From positions 320,001-384,000 of the forward strand of contig JAXDQS010000003.1 in assembly GCA_034667725.1 (NCBI GenBank): DNA of 64,000 bases. Direction: 5' to 3'. This document shows, piece by piece, positions 16,070 to 24,769 of this stretch. How positions within the stretch are numbered: the stretch's first letter is position 1; every line of letters begins with the position of its first letter. The notes below the pieces were generated by a model. It ran no database searches. It had not been told where the DNA came from and saw only the letters and a list, made by a program, of their open reading frames with translations. This DNA comes from Thermoplasmata archaeon (lineage in GTDB: Archaea > Thermoplasmatota > E2 > JACPAO01 > JAHFTW01). The translations under genes were made by a program, and so were the position numbers.

Positions 16070-16993
16070 TCACGCCACGACGCGGCGCGCGCGGGCGCTG
16101 CGCGCCACCGCGAGGGCGGTGAACCCTGCCAGGCCGAGCAGCAGCGCGCCCAGGAAGGGGCGCAATTCGTCGAGGCCGAGGCCGAAGGCGTAGAGGTCGA
16201 TGAGGAAGTGGAGCATGATGGCGGCCCAGAGGCCGAAACGCCATGCCACGACGCCGGAGAGCAGGCCGAACAGGGCGGCGAACAGGAAATGCTGGAGGTT
16301 CTGGTAGCCGGCGTGGGCGAAGCCGAACAGGGCGGCTTGGAGGGTGATGGCGACGGCCATGGCGCCGCCGGCGTGGATTCGCTTCAGGGCGTGCCAGAGG
16401 CCGGTCTGGACGAGGCCGCGGTAGAGCAGCTCCTCGCCGACGGCGGCGACCGCCGAGATCATCAGGACGTGGTAGAGCGTGATGTTGGCGTCGAGCCGCG
16501 ACTCGTCGGAGTTCGACAGCCCCGCCGTCAGCCAAAGCAGGGCGAGGTTGGCGAGGGCCAGGACGGGGAACGCGGCGAGGCCGAGGCGGGCGCTGGGGGC
16601 TTCGCCGGCGCCGAGCGGGACGCCGGTGGCGCGCAGGTGGCCGGCGAGGCGGCGGGCCGAGAGGTGGCGCCACAGGCCGGGGTCGCGGCCGCGGGCCCAG
16701 AGCAGGAAGCCGGCGCCGAGCGGGCCGAGGACGCGCAGCGCGGGGACGATGTAGCGGCTCGACTGCTGCTGCGTGTCCAGGGGGCGGAACGGGACGGGGC
16801 TGCCGACGAACGGCAGCGCGAGGTCGGGCAGGACCGCGAGCAGGGTTTGCCAGGCGGGGACGGTCATCAGCCCGACGCCGGCGGCCTGCCAGCCGTTGCG
16901 GCGCACGGCGAAGTGGGCGAGGGCGACGGCGAGGCCCAGCACGAAGGCGGCCTGGTGCTCCTGGACCGCGGTCAGGAGTCCTTGGACTTCCAT
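16070..16993 (-). CDS. CPBP (Abi/CAAX) intramembrane glutamic endopeptidase
   Basis: EELLYRG, FGFAH and AIMLHFLID motifs. Confidence 0.88.
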   Translation of the reverse strand: MEVQGLLTAVQEHQAAFVLGLAVALAHFAVRRNGWQAAGVGLMTVPAWQTLLAVLPDLALPFVGSPVPFRPLDTQQQSSRYIVPALRVLGPLGAGFLLWARGRDPGLWRHLSARRLAGHLRATGVPLGAGEAPSARLGLAAFPVLALANLALLWLTAGLSNSDESRLDANITLYHVLMISAVAAVGEELLYRGLVQTGLWHALKRIHAGGAMAVAITLQAALFGFAHAGYQNLQHFLFAALFGLLSGVVAWRFGLWAAIMLHFLIDLYAFGLGLDELRPFLGALLLGLAGFTALAVARSARARRVVA

Positions 16994-17988
16994 GTGCGCG
17001 GGTAGGTGCCCTTGCGGAGCACGACGCGGGTCGGGACGGCGGCGATGCCCTTCTCCTCGGCGAGGGCGCGCTGGCTGGTCATCTTGGCCTCGCCCAGCGC
17101 CACCAGTTCGCCCTTCAGGGTCAGGAGCGCCACCTGCTCGCCCTCCTCGATGCCGGCGTCGAGCTGCGCGATGCCGATGACGGCGAGCGGGGCGCCGTGG
17201 CACACGGCGTCGACGGCGGAGTCGCGCAGCACGATGGCGTTGAGGTGGGCGGCGACCGCCTCGACCGGCCGGAGGACGCGGCGCATCCAGGCCTCGTCCT
17301 TGTCCGTCTGGAGGAAGTGGCGGGCGTCCAGGACGTCGTGCAGCGTCACGAGGTCGGACTCGGTGAACAGGCCGGTGCGGGTGCGGCGCAGCTCCTGCAT
17401 GTGGCCGCGGGTGCCGAGGGCGCGGCCCATGTCGACGCAGAGGTTGCGGATGTAGGTGCCCGCCTGGCAGCCGACGCGGAACAGCACGTCGCGGCCCGAG
17501 ACTTCGAGCACGTCGAGGTAGTACACGCGCCGGATGCGGGGGCGGCGGGCGACGGCGCTTCGAACTGGCGGGGTCTGGTTGATCTTGCCGACGAAGGTGG
17601 CGGCGACCCGGCGGATGTCGGATTCGGGCCGGTCCTCGTGCAGCCGCATCACGGCGACGTACTCCTTGCCCGCGGTCAGCAAGGCGCCGACGGCCCGCAC
17701 CGCGCCGCCGACGCACACCGGCAAGGCGCCGGTGACGCCGGGGTCAAGGGTGCCGCCGTGGCCGACCTCCTCCACCTGCAGGGCGTTGCGGAGCCACGCC
17801 GCCACCTGGTGGCTGGTCGGGCCCGCCGGCTTGTCGAGGACGATGACGCCCGCGGCCAGCAGCTCCGCGACGGAGCGCTGGCTCGGCGGCTTGCCGTACT
17901 TGTCGTCGGTGGCGGCGGCCATGCGGACGAGCCGCTTGCGCGGCCGCTCGGCCGGCAGCACGCCGCTGCGCGCCGGCCCCGCCGTCAC
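16972..17988 (-). CDS. cbf5: H/ACA pseudouridine synthase Cbf5 (TruB family, PUA domain)
   Basis: LDKPAGPTSHQV, GHGGTLDPGVTG, QTPPVRSAV, GTYIRNLC, MQELRRTRTG, AVDAVCHGA, GTYPRTW. Confidence 0.95.
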   Translation of the reverse strand: MTAGPARSGVLPAERPRKRLVRMAAATDDKYGKPPSQRSVAELLAAGVIVLDKPAGPTSHQVAAWLRNALQVEEVGHGGTLDPGVTGALPVCVGGAVRAVGALLTAGKEYVAVMRLHEDRPESDIRRVAATFVGKINQTPPVRSAVARRPRIRRVYYLDVLEVSGRDVLFRVGCQAGTYIRNLCVDMGRALGTRGHMQELRRTRTGLFTESDLVTLHDVLDARHFLQTDKDEAWMRRVLRPVEAVAAHLNAIVLRDSAVDAVCHGAPLAVIGIAQLDAGIEEGEQVALLTLKGELVALGEAKMTSQRALAEEKGIAAVPTRVVLRKGTYPRTWKSKDS

Positions 17989-18542
17989 GGCGCCTTCCCC
18001 GTCGTGCCGACCTGCGACTCGGCCAGGCGGGCCTGGATGCGCCCGATCAGCTGCTCGGGGGTCTCGTTGGTGGAGTCGAGCACCAGGTCGTAGAAGCCGG
18101 TCTCCTTGAGGTCGACGCCATAGTAGCGGCGGTAGCGGTCGGCCTCCGACTGCTCGCGCGCCCAGGTCGCCTCGGCCTGGGTGGCAAGGTCGCCGCCGTC
18201 GCGCTGCACGATGCGCCGCAGCCGCTCCTTCTCCTCGCACACCACCCACACTTTGAGGGCGTTGACCTTGTGGCGCTGGGCGAGCCAGCCCGACAGGCGG
18301 CCCTCGAGGATCAGGTTGCCGCGCTTGAGGAGGAAGATCTGGCGGTCGTCGAGCGCCTCGTCGATCGAGGGGTCCTTCTGGCAGAGGGCGCCGAACTCGG
18401 CGATGCTCATGCCGCGGCGCTTGGCCTCCTCGCGGAACAGCGCGCCGGCGTAGGTGTAGGGGAGCTGGAGCTTGTCCGCCAGCAGGCGGCACAGCGTGCT
18501 GGTGCCCGTGCCCGGGAGGCCGCCGACGGTGACCGTCCTCAT
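17985..18542 (-). CDS. cmk: Archaeal cytidylate kinase
   Basis: TVGGLPGTGTST, AGALFRE, EGRLSGW, RY..YYGVD. Confidence 0.92.
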   Translation of the reverse strand: MRTVTVGGLPGTGTSTLCRLLADKLQLPYTYAGALFREEAKRRGMSIAEFGALCQKDPSIDEALDDRQIFLLKRGNLILEGRLSGWLAQRHKVNALKVWVVCEEKERLRRIVQRDGGDLATQAEATWAREQSEADRYRRYYGVDLKETGFYDLVLDSTNETPEQLIGRIQARLAESQVGTTGKAP

Positions 18543-19216
18543 CCGTGGACCCCGGGGTGGCGCTTCGCCCAGCGCTCCTTCCAGGCGTAGTACTTCATGG
18601 CCTTCCCGATGAGCGAGCCCAGCGGGATGGACAGCAGCATGTAGAGGAGGACCCAGTGGGGGAAGACCGAGGTGCCGAACAGGACGCCGTTGTTGGCGAA
18701 CATGTTGACCTGAGGGTTCCACGGCGCCGTGAACCAGGTGTAGTCGAGCTGGTAGAGCCAAGTCGTGAGCCACGCGAACAAGGGCACGGCGACGATCATG
18801 GTGATGGGCATCGACTTGAGCTGCTTGCCCTGCAACGCCTGGCTGCGCGCCATGATCTCCGGCTGCGCGTCGTTGAGGACCTTCAGCTTGTAGGTGTTGT
18901 TCTCCTTGGTCGCCTTGATCTTCTCGCGCTGGAAATGGCGCATGTAGGCCTGGGTGCGCGCCGTCTCGAGCCAGTCGGTGGTGAAGTGGCGCACGACGGT
19001 GGAGCCGATGACCAGCAGGCTGCCGGCCAAGAGGATGGTCAGCACGGGGTAGTGGCCGCCGAAGCCCACCAGGGGGTCCAGCACGTAGCCGGCGTAGCGG
19101 CCGGTGACCAGCCGGAGGTCGTTGTTGAACAGGATGAAGAAGACCAGCACGATGCTGAGGATGGTGAGGAACCCCATCTTCGGGCGGGGCGGCGCCGGCT
19201 TGGCGTCGGCCATCAC
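18539..19216 (-). CDS. DUF106 / EMC3-TMCO1 (Oxa1 superfamily) membrane protein
   Basis: TM, coiled coil and TM layout, K.M..T, WVLLY; conserved position between adk and cmk. Confidence 0.88.
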   Translation of the reverse strand: MMADAKPAPPRPKMGFLTILSIVLVFFILFNNDLRLVTGRYAGYVLDPLVGFGGHYPVLTILLAGSLLVIGSTVVRHFTTDWLETARTQAYMRHFQREKIKATKENNTYKLKVLNDAQPEIMARSQALQGKQLKSMPITMIVAVPLFAWLTTWLYQLDYTWFTAPWNPQVNMFANNGVLFGTSVFPHWVLLYMLLSIPLGSLIGKAMKYYAWKERWAKRHPGVHG

Positions 19217-19785
19217 GCCACCGCCTTGACGGGAAGGTGGGCCACGACGGGCAGCATCTGGCGGATGGCCTCCTCGACCTTGCCGTCATGGTTGTGGACG
19301 GTGTGCACGGTGGCGCCGGTCAGGGTGGCGTAGGCGGCGGCGAAGCGGCGGTTGAACTCCTGGTGCTCCGCGATGGCCGCGAGCGTGTCGTCGTCGCGCT
19401 TGCGGGTGGCGTCGTTCTGGCGGCGGCGCAGGATCTCCTCCGGCGCGGCCTCGACCAGCACGATGGCGCTCGGCTCCAGCTCCGTCAGCACCCAGGCGGG
19501 CAGGCCGGGCAGGTAGCCGGTGGGCGTCTTGATGCTGCAATGGGTGTCGACGATGACGTCGCCCATGGCGGCGATGCGCTTGGCGGCCTCCTTCTGGATC
19601 TGCTTCTGGACCGTGGCCGGCAGCTTGCGCATCTCGTCGCGCGACTGCACCGTGCCGCTGCGCTGCGCGACCTCGAACATGACCGAGCCATAGACCGCGA
19701 TCGGGAGCTTGCGGGACTTGGCGGCGGTCTCCATGACCGTGGTCTTCCCGACCCCGGGGATGCCGGTCACGATGATGGCGCCCAT
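19213..19785 (-). CDS. adkA: Archaeal adenylate kinase
   Basis: VTGIPGVGKTTV, RDEMRKL, VDTHCSIKTPTGYLPGLP. Confidence 0.95.
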   Translation of the reverse strand: MGAIIVTGIPGVGKTTVMETAAKSRKLPIAVYGSVMFEVAQRSGTVQSRDEMRKLPATVQKQIQKEAAKRIAAMGDVIVDTHCSIKTPTGYLPGLPAWVLTELEPSAIVLVEAAPEEILRRRQNDATRKRDDDTLAAIAEHQEFNRRFAAAYATLTGATVHTVHNHDGKVEEAIRQMLPVVAHLPVKAVA

Positions 19786-19850
19786 GGCGGCGCCGACTCG
19801 GAGGCGGTTCTTAAGACCGTGGCCAAGCGTCCCACGACGCGCCCCCACGC

Positions 19851-19900
19851 GACGCAGATTCCACAGAATCCGCTTTGGCTCGGTCTGTGGAATCTGTGTC
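19851..19900. repeat. Palindromic REP-like element (CACAGA/TCTGTG family), single copy
   Basis: GACGCAGATTCCACAGA ... TCTGTGGAATCTGTGTC inverted arms between divergent adkA and traB. Confidence 0.85.
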
Positions 19901-19990
19901 CAGTCGGGGCGGGCCGGCCGGCACACCGTTCTGCAGAGCCCAACGCCGACCAGATGGTTTTCATCCCAAGCCCAGGTCGCCTGCCTTGCC

Positions 19991-21166
19991 GTGATCGAGG
20001 AGGTGCGCCCCGGCGTCGTGGTGGTCGGGACCGCCCACATCAGCGCGACCAGCGTCGCAGAGGTGGAGTCGACCATCCGGTCGCGCCGGCCGGCCAAGGT
20101 GCTGGTGGAGCTCGACGCCGTCCGCCGCGCCGCGCTGGAGGACCCGGAGGCGTGGCAGCGCACCGACATCTTCCAGGTGCTGAAGCAGAAGAAGCAGCAC
20201 CTGTTCATGCTGCAGCTCTACTTGGGCGCCATGCAAGCCCAGATGGGGCGCCAGACCGGTGTGGCCCCCGGCGCCGAGCTGCTGCGCGCCCTGCAGGTCG
20301 CCCACGAGGTCGGCGCGGAGGTCGTGCTGGTGGACCGCGACATCCGCATCACCCTCAAGCGCGGCTTCGGCGGCATGGGCTTCTGGGCCAAGATGCGCCT
20401 GGCGTTCCACGTCGCGATGGCGGTCTTCACGCCCTCCAAGGCCGGCGACGCCCAGAAGCTCGACGTCGATGCGATGCTCCAGTCGGACGCCATCACGCAG
20501 ATGACCGAGGAGTTCGCGCGCTTCGCCCCCGAGATCAAGGTCGCCCTCATCGACGAGCGCGACGCCTACATGGCCTCGCACATCCACGAGCAGGCGCAGC
20601 AGGCCGGCCCCACGGGCCTGGTGGCGGTCGTCGGCGCCGGCCACATGCCCGGCATCCGCGCCCACCTCGCCGCTCCCGCCGCGATCCCTGCGCGCGCCAC
20701 GCTGGACGAGCTGCCGGCGCCCCGCCTCACCGTCGGCAAAATCATCGGGTGGGCCATCCCCATCCTGTTCGTCGCCTACTTCGTCTGGCTGGGCGTCAGC
20801 GGCAACTACCGCCAGCTTGGCGAGGAGGCGGTCTGGTTCATCCTGATCACGGGCGGCTGCTCGGCCATCGGCTGCGCGCTTGCCCTAGGCCATCCGCTCT
20901 CCATCCTCACCGCGTTCGCCGCCGCCCCCATCGGCGTGCTGCATCCCTTGGTGGCCACGGGCTGGTTCGCGGGGCTGGTGGAGGCCAAGGTCCGCTCCCC
21001 CACCGTGGCCGACTTCGCCGCCATCAAGCACATGGAGACCATGGGCCAGTTCCTCCGGAACGGCGTCGTGCGGATTTTGTGGGTCACCGCCCTCACCAAC
21101 CTCGGCGCCATGGTGTCCACCGTGTTCGTGGCCTCGCGCATCATCGGGGCGCTGGGAGGCGGCTGA
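19991..21166 (+). CDS. TraB/GumN (PrgY) family protein
   Basis: VGTAHIS, VLVELD..R, DRDI..TL.R, LIDERD.YM, VAVVGAGHMPGI; C-terminal TMs. Confidence 0.92.
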   Translation: MIEEVRPGVVVVGTAHISATSVAEVESTIRSRRPAKVLVELDAVRRAALEDPEAWQRTDIFQVLKQKKQHLFMLQLYLGAMQAQMGRQTGVAPGAELLRALQVAHEVGAEVVLVDRDIRITLKRGFGGMGFWAKMRLAFHVAMAVFTPSKAGDAQKLDVDAMLQSDAITQMTEEFARFAPEIKVALIDERDAYMASHIHEQAQQAGPTGLVAVVGAGHMPGIRAHLAAPAAIPARATLDELPAPRLTVGKIIGWAIPILFVAYFVWLGVSGNYRQLGEEAVWFILITGGCSAIGCALALGHPLSILTAFAAAPIGVLHPLVATGWFAGLVEAKVRSPTVADFAAIKHMETMGQFLRNGVVRILWVTALTNLGAMVSTVFVASRIIGALGGG

Positions 21167-21813
21167 TGGAGGACTGGCATGACGGCCCGCCCAAGGTGCG
21201 CTTCAGCGGCACCGAGGCCTTGCACCTGGCCGTCGGCGTGGCGGTCCTGACCTACTGCTTCGCCATGCTGCGCGCCCCGCTGGTGGAGACGCCGGCCGAC
21301 CTGGCGCGGCGCATGACCCCCGAGCCCATCCACCTGCTGGCCGCGTTCCTGGCCGTCACCACCGGCTTCGTGCTGCACGAGCTGGCCCACAAGGTGGTCG
21401 CCCAGCGCTACGGCTACTGGGCCGAGTTCCGCGCCCAGTTCCCCAGCCTCGGCCTCAGCCTCCTCATGGCGGTCTTCACGCCGCTCTTGGTCGCGGCCCC
21501 CGGCGCCGTCTTGATCCAGGGCCGCGTCACCGCCCGCGAGTCCGGCATCATCAGCCTCGTCGGCCCCGCCCTCAACTTCGTCGTCGCCTTGGCCGCCCTG
21601 CCGTTCGCGCGCGGCGTCAACCCCGACGCCCCCGTGCCCCTGGTGTTCGGCATGGTCGCCCTGGTCAACGCCGTGCTGGCCGCCTTCAACCTGCTGCCGT
21701 TCGGGCCGCTCGACGGCCGCAAGGTGCTGCGCTGGAGCAAGCCGGTCTGGGCGGCCTGCTTCCTGGCCACCGGCGGCCTCGTGGTGCTGGCCTTCCTCCT
21801 GGTGCCGGCGTAG
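21166..21813 (+). CDS. Site-2 protease (peptidase M50)
   Basis: HELAH zinc motif, APGAV, GP..N, FNLLPFGPLDG. Confidence 0.92.
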   Translation: MEDWHDGPPKVRFSGTEALHLAVGVAVLTYCFAMLRAPLVETPADLARRMTPEPIHLLAAFLAVTTGFVLHELAHKVVAQRYGYWAEFRAQFPSLGLSLLMAVFTPLLVAAPGAVLIQGRVTARESGIISLVGPALNFVVALAALPFARGVNPDAPVPLVFGMVALVNAVLAAFNLLPFGPLDGRKVLRWSKPVWAACFLATGGLVVLAFLLVPA

Positions 21814-22017
21814 TCACCAGCGGCCGCCGGCGCGGCGCCGGGCGTTCTGGCGCGTGCCCACGAGGATGAGCGCCAGGACGGCGGCCAAAAGCGACAGGAT
21901 CCACGCCAGCACGAAGGCGTTCACGCCCTGGTCGGGCCAGAGGAGGCTCGCAATCCACTCGCCGAGGAACCAGGCGAGGGTGCCGGCGGCGAAGGCGGCG
22001 GCGACACGGCCTAGCAT
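21814..22017 (-). CDS. Small 2-TM membrane protein (67 aa)
   Basis: Two hydrophobic helices and basic tail; divergent from dys. Confidence 0.6.
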   Translation of the reverse strand: MLGRVAAAFAAGTLAWFLGEWIASLLWPDQGVNAFVLAWILSLLAAVLALILVGTRQNARRRAGGRW

Positions 22018-22086
22018 GGCTGGCGCCAGCGCGGCCGGCCTATTCAAGCGCCAAGCCTCAAGCCTGCGACCCGCCTCGCGCGCCGC

Positions 22087-23052
22087 ATGGACCTCGCGGC
22101 GCATCCTGAGGTGCGCGACCTTGCCGTCGACCGGCCGCTCCGGGTGCGGCAGCTCATGCAGATGTGGAGCGCGGGCGGCGGCTTCACCGCGAAGAAGCTC
22201 GCCGACGCCGCCGACCTGTTGGAGCGCATGGTCGCGAACCCGGACGAGAAGGTGTTCCTGAGCTTCCCCGCCGCCCTGTGCGCGACGGGCACGCGCGGCG
22301 TCCTCCGGGACCTGGTGAAGCACAAGCTCGTGGACGCCGTCATCACCACTTGCGGCACGCTCGACCACGACCTCGCCCGGCTGTGGGAGCCCTACTTGTC
22401 CGGCTCGTTCGAGATGGACGACCGCGTGCTGCACCAGGAGGGCATCAACCGGCTCGGCAACGTCCTGGTGCCGAACTCCAGCTACGGCGACGTGCTGGAG
22501 GCCAAGCTCCGTCCGCTGCTGGCGGAGTGGGTGGCGGCCGGCAACAAGCACTTCGGCACCCGCGAGCTGTGCGCCAAGCTGGGCGAGTGGGCGGGGCGCG
22601 AGGACAACCGCGAGGAGTCGATCCTCTACTGGGCGCACCGCAACAACATTCCCGTGTTCGTGCCCGGCCCCACCGACGGCAGCGTCGGCGCGCAGGTGTG
22701 GATGACGTACCAGCAGAACCGCGACCTGCGCTTCGACCTCTTGAAGGACGAGCAGGAACTGTGCGACTTCGTCTACGGCGCCAAGCGGCTCGGGTCGCTC
22801 ATGATCGGCGGCGGCATCTCGAAGCACCACGTCATCTGGTGGAGCCAGTTCCGCGACGGCCTCGACACGGTGGTCTACCTGACGAGCGCCCCCGAGTGGG
22901 ACGGCAGCCTGTCCGGCGCCCGCGTGCGCGAGGCCGTGAGCTGGGGGAAGGTGAAGGAGGACGCCCGCTGGGAGACGGTCGAGGGCGATGCGACGGTGCT
23001 GCTGCCGTTGCTGGTGGCGGACCTGTTCGAGCGGCTGGGCGGGCGCGTTTAG
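22087..23052 (+). CDS. dys: Deoxyhypusine synthase
   Basis: GINRLGNV, PGPTDGSVG, GGGISKHH, DGSLSGA..EAVSWGK. Confidence 0.95.
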   Translation: MDLAAHPEVRDLAVDRPLRVRQLMQMWSAGGGFTAKKLADAADLLERMVANPDEKVFLSFPAALCATGTRGVLRDLVKHKLVDAVITTCGTLDHDLARLWEPYLSGSFEMDDRVLHQEGINRLGNVLVPNSSYGDVLEAKLRPLLAEWVAAGNKHFGTRELCAKLGEWAGREDNREESILYWAHRNNIPVFVPGPTDGSVGAQVWMTYQQNRDLRFDLLKDEQELCDFVYGAKRLGSLMIGGGISKHHVIWWSQFRDGLDTVVYLTSAPEWDGSLSGARVREAVSWGKVKEDARWETVEGDATVLLPLLVADLFERLGGRV

Positions 23053-23450
23053 CCGAAGCGGGAGCCGAGCAGGCCAAGCAGGCCCAGGCCGCCGCTGGTG
23101 CCGACGAAGCCGCCGCCAATCAGGAGCGCGGTGCGCACGCCGTCGGTGAGGCGGGAGGGCAGGGCGGCGCCGAGCGCGCACGCGACCTGCAGCGTGATGC
23201 TCCCGAGCGTCGTGAACACCATGTAGGTGATGAGCTGGCCAGGGGCGCCGTCGGAGTCGGAGAGGGTGACGACCAGGAGCACCAGCGAGCCGAGGGCGAG
23301 GATGCCGAGGCCGATGGCGCCGACCAGGAACGGCAGCGGGGCGGGGTCCCACGTGGACGACGCCGGGGCGGGCAGGGGCAGCGGAGCCGGCAGGGGAGCA
23401 GGCTCCATCGGGTAGGCGGGGCGGGCGGCGGACGCGCGGGGAGTCGGCAT
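23049..23450 (-). CDS. Small 3-TM membrane protein, paralogue 3 of tandem trio (start may be 23408)
   Basis: Shares AIGL...L.D...LG...ALGA...GVR.A.L pattern with next two genes. Confidence 0.65.
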   Translation of the reverse strand: MPTPRASAARPAYPMEPAPLPAPLPLPAPASSTWDPAPLPFLVGAIGLGILALGSLVLLVVTLSDSDGAPGQLITYMVFTTLGSITLQVACALGAALPSRLTDGVRTALLIGGGFVGTSGGLGLLGLLGSRFG

Positions 23451-23481
23451 CGCGACGCCGCAGGTCCCACAGGTGAAAAGG

Positions 23482-23769
23482 CTAGCCGACCAGGTTCGCG
23501 GCCCCTGGCACGTGCGTCATGAAGTAGGCGGCGGCCACCAGGAACGCGCACCGCACGCCCCAGCCGAGCCCGCGCTGGAAGAAGGCGACGAGGGCCATGC
23601 CCACCGGAAGGGCGAGGAGACCCAGGAACCGGAGGGTCAGGACCAGGTGGTCGTCGGCCGCGTCCTCGAGGGTGGCGAAGTAGCGGGCCGCCGCCGCGGC
23701 GGCCATGAGGCCGAGCCCCGCGGCGGCGACCCACATGCCGAGGCCGGGCCGGTCGGCGGGGCTGGACAC
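23482..23769 (-). CDS. Small 3-TM membrane protein, paralogue 2 of tandem trio
   Basis: AAGLGLM...LED...LG...AL.A...WGVR.A.L. Confidence 0.7.
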   Translation of the reverse strand: MSSPADRPGLGMWVAAAGLGLMAAAAAARYFATLEDAADDHLVLTLRFLGLLALPVGMALVAFFQRGLGWGVRCAFLVAAAYFMTHVPGAANLVG

Positions 23770-23805
23770 GGCCTGGCAACGGCGGGGTCCGCTATGGCGT
23801 TGGCG

Positions 23806-24120
23806 CTAGCGGAAGGGCGGCAGGACGCCGGTGATGCCGACCAGCACCAGCGCGGCGCCGAGCAGCATGGCGAGGCGGATGCCCCAGGAGGCGCCCGTCA
23901 TGAACAGCGCGCCCAGGGCGAGGCCGCCGGTCAGGCCGACGACGCCGAGCATCTGGAAGAACATGGACGCCTTCTCCTCGTCGCGGTAGTCGTCGAGGCC
24001 GTTGAAGAACTGGATGATGAAGGCGAGCACCATCAGGGCCAGGCCGATGGCGGCGATGAGCCACCAGAGGTTGGCGCGGGCGTCGAAGCGGGCGTGCGAG
24101 GGGGAATAAGTCTCCACCAT
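23806..24120 (-). CDS. Small 3-TM membrane protein, paralogue 1 of tandem trio
   Basis: AIGLALM...LDD...LG...ALGA...WGIR.A.L; TTCATT box 29 nt upstream. Confidence 0.75.
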   Translation of the reverse strand: MVETYSPSHARFDARANLWWLIAAIGLALMVLAFIIQFFNGLDDYRDEEKASMFFQMLGVVGLTGGLALGALFMTGASWGIRLAMLLGAALVLVGITGVLPPFR

Positions 24121-24209
24121 CGCGGCAATGATCAAGGACCAGGAATGAAAGGCCTCCGGAATGCATCGCGGTTGGACGGGGTCGAGGGCAAGCGGCAGGT
24201 TCCTAAACC

Positions 24210-24680
24210 ATGTTCAACGTCGATGCGTCGGTGCCTGACGACCTGGACCGTCGCATCCTGCGCATCCTCATGGTGGACGCGCACACGCCGTTCCGCGAGA
24301 TCGCCGCCCAGGCCGGCACCACCGTGGGCACCGTCCACAACCGCATCAAGAAGATGCGCGCCGAAGGCATCATCAAGCGCTTCCTGCCGGAGATCGACGC
24401 CCAGAAGCTCGGGTTCGGCATCTGCGCCCTGATCGAGCTCAAGATTGCCGGCGGCCACCTTTTGGAGGTCCAGCAGGAGCTGAGCCGCGACCCGCACATC
24501 GTGGCGGTCTACGACGTCACCGGCGAGATGGACACCGTGTTCGTCGGCAAGTTCCGCGACACCGGCGACCTGGACCGCTTCGTCAAGGGGACGCTCCAGC
24601 ACAAGCACGTCAAGGAGACCCGCACCCGCCTGGTGCTGAACGTCGTGAAGGAAGGGTTCGCGCCGCGGCTGGACGACTGA
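24210..24680 (+). CDS. Lrp/AsnC transcriptional regulator
   Basis: DDLDRRIL, P.REIA, GTVHNRIKKM..EGII, YDVTGEMD. Confidence 0.93.
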   Translation: MFNVDASVPDDLDRRILRILMVDAHTPFREIAAQAGTTVGTVHNRIKKMRAEGIIKRFLPEIDAQKLGFGICALIELKIAGGHLLEVQQELSRDPHIVAVYDVTGEMDTVFVGKFRDTGDLDRFVKGTLQHKHVKETRTRLVLNVVKEGFAPRLDD

Positions 24681-24681
24681 C

Positions 24682-24768
24682 GTCTGACGCAGAAGTCTCC
24701 TGGCGCCGGGCTGCCCGGAGCCGACCGGCTGCGGATGGCCCGGCGGACAGGCTCCTTCCGCGTCAGAC
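24682..24768. repeat. Long imperfect hairpin between convergent genes
   Basis: GTCTGACGC-AGAAG ... CTTCC-GCGTCAGAC outer arms with inner CGCCGGGC/GCCCGGCG and AGCCG/CGGCT pairing. Confidence 0.7.
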
Positions 24769-24769
24769 T

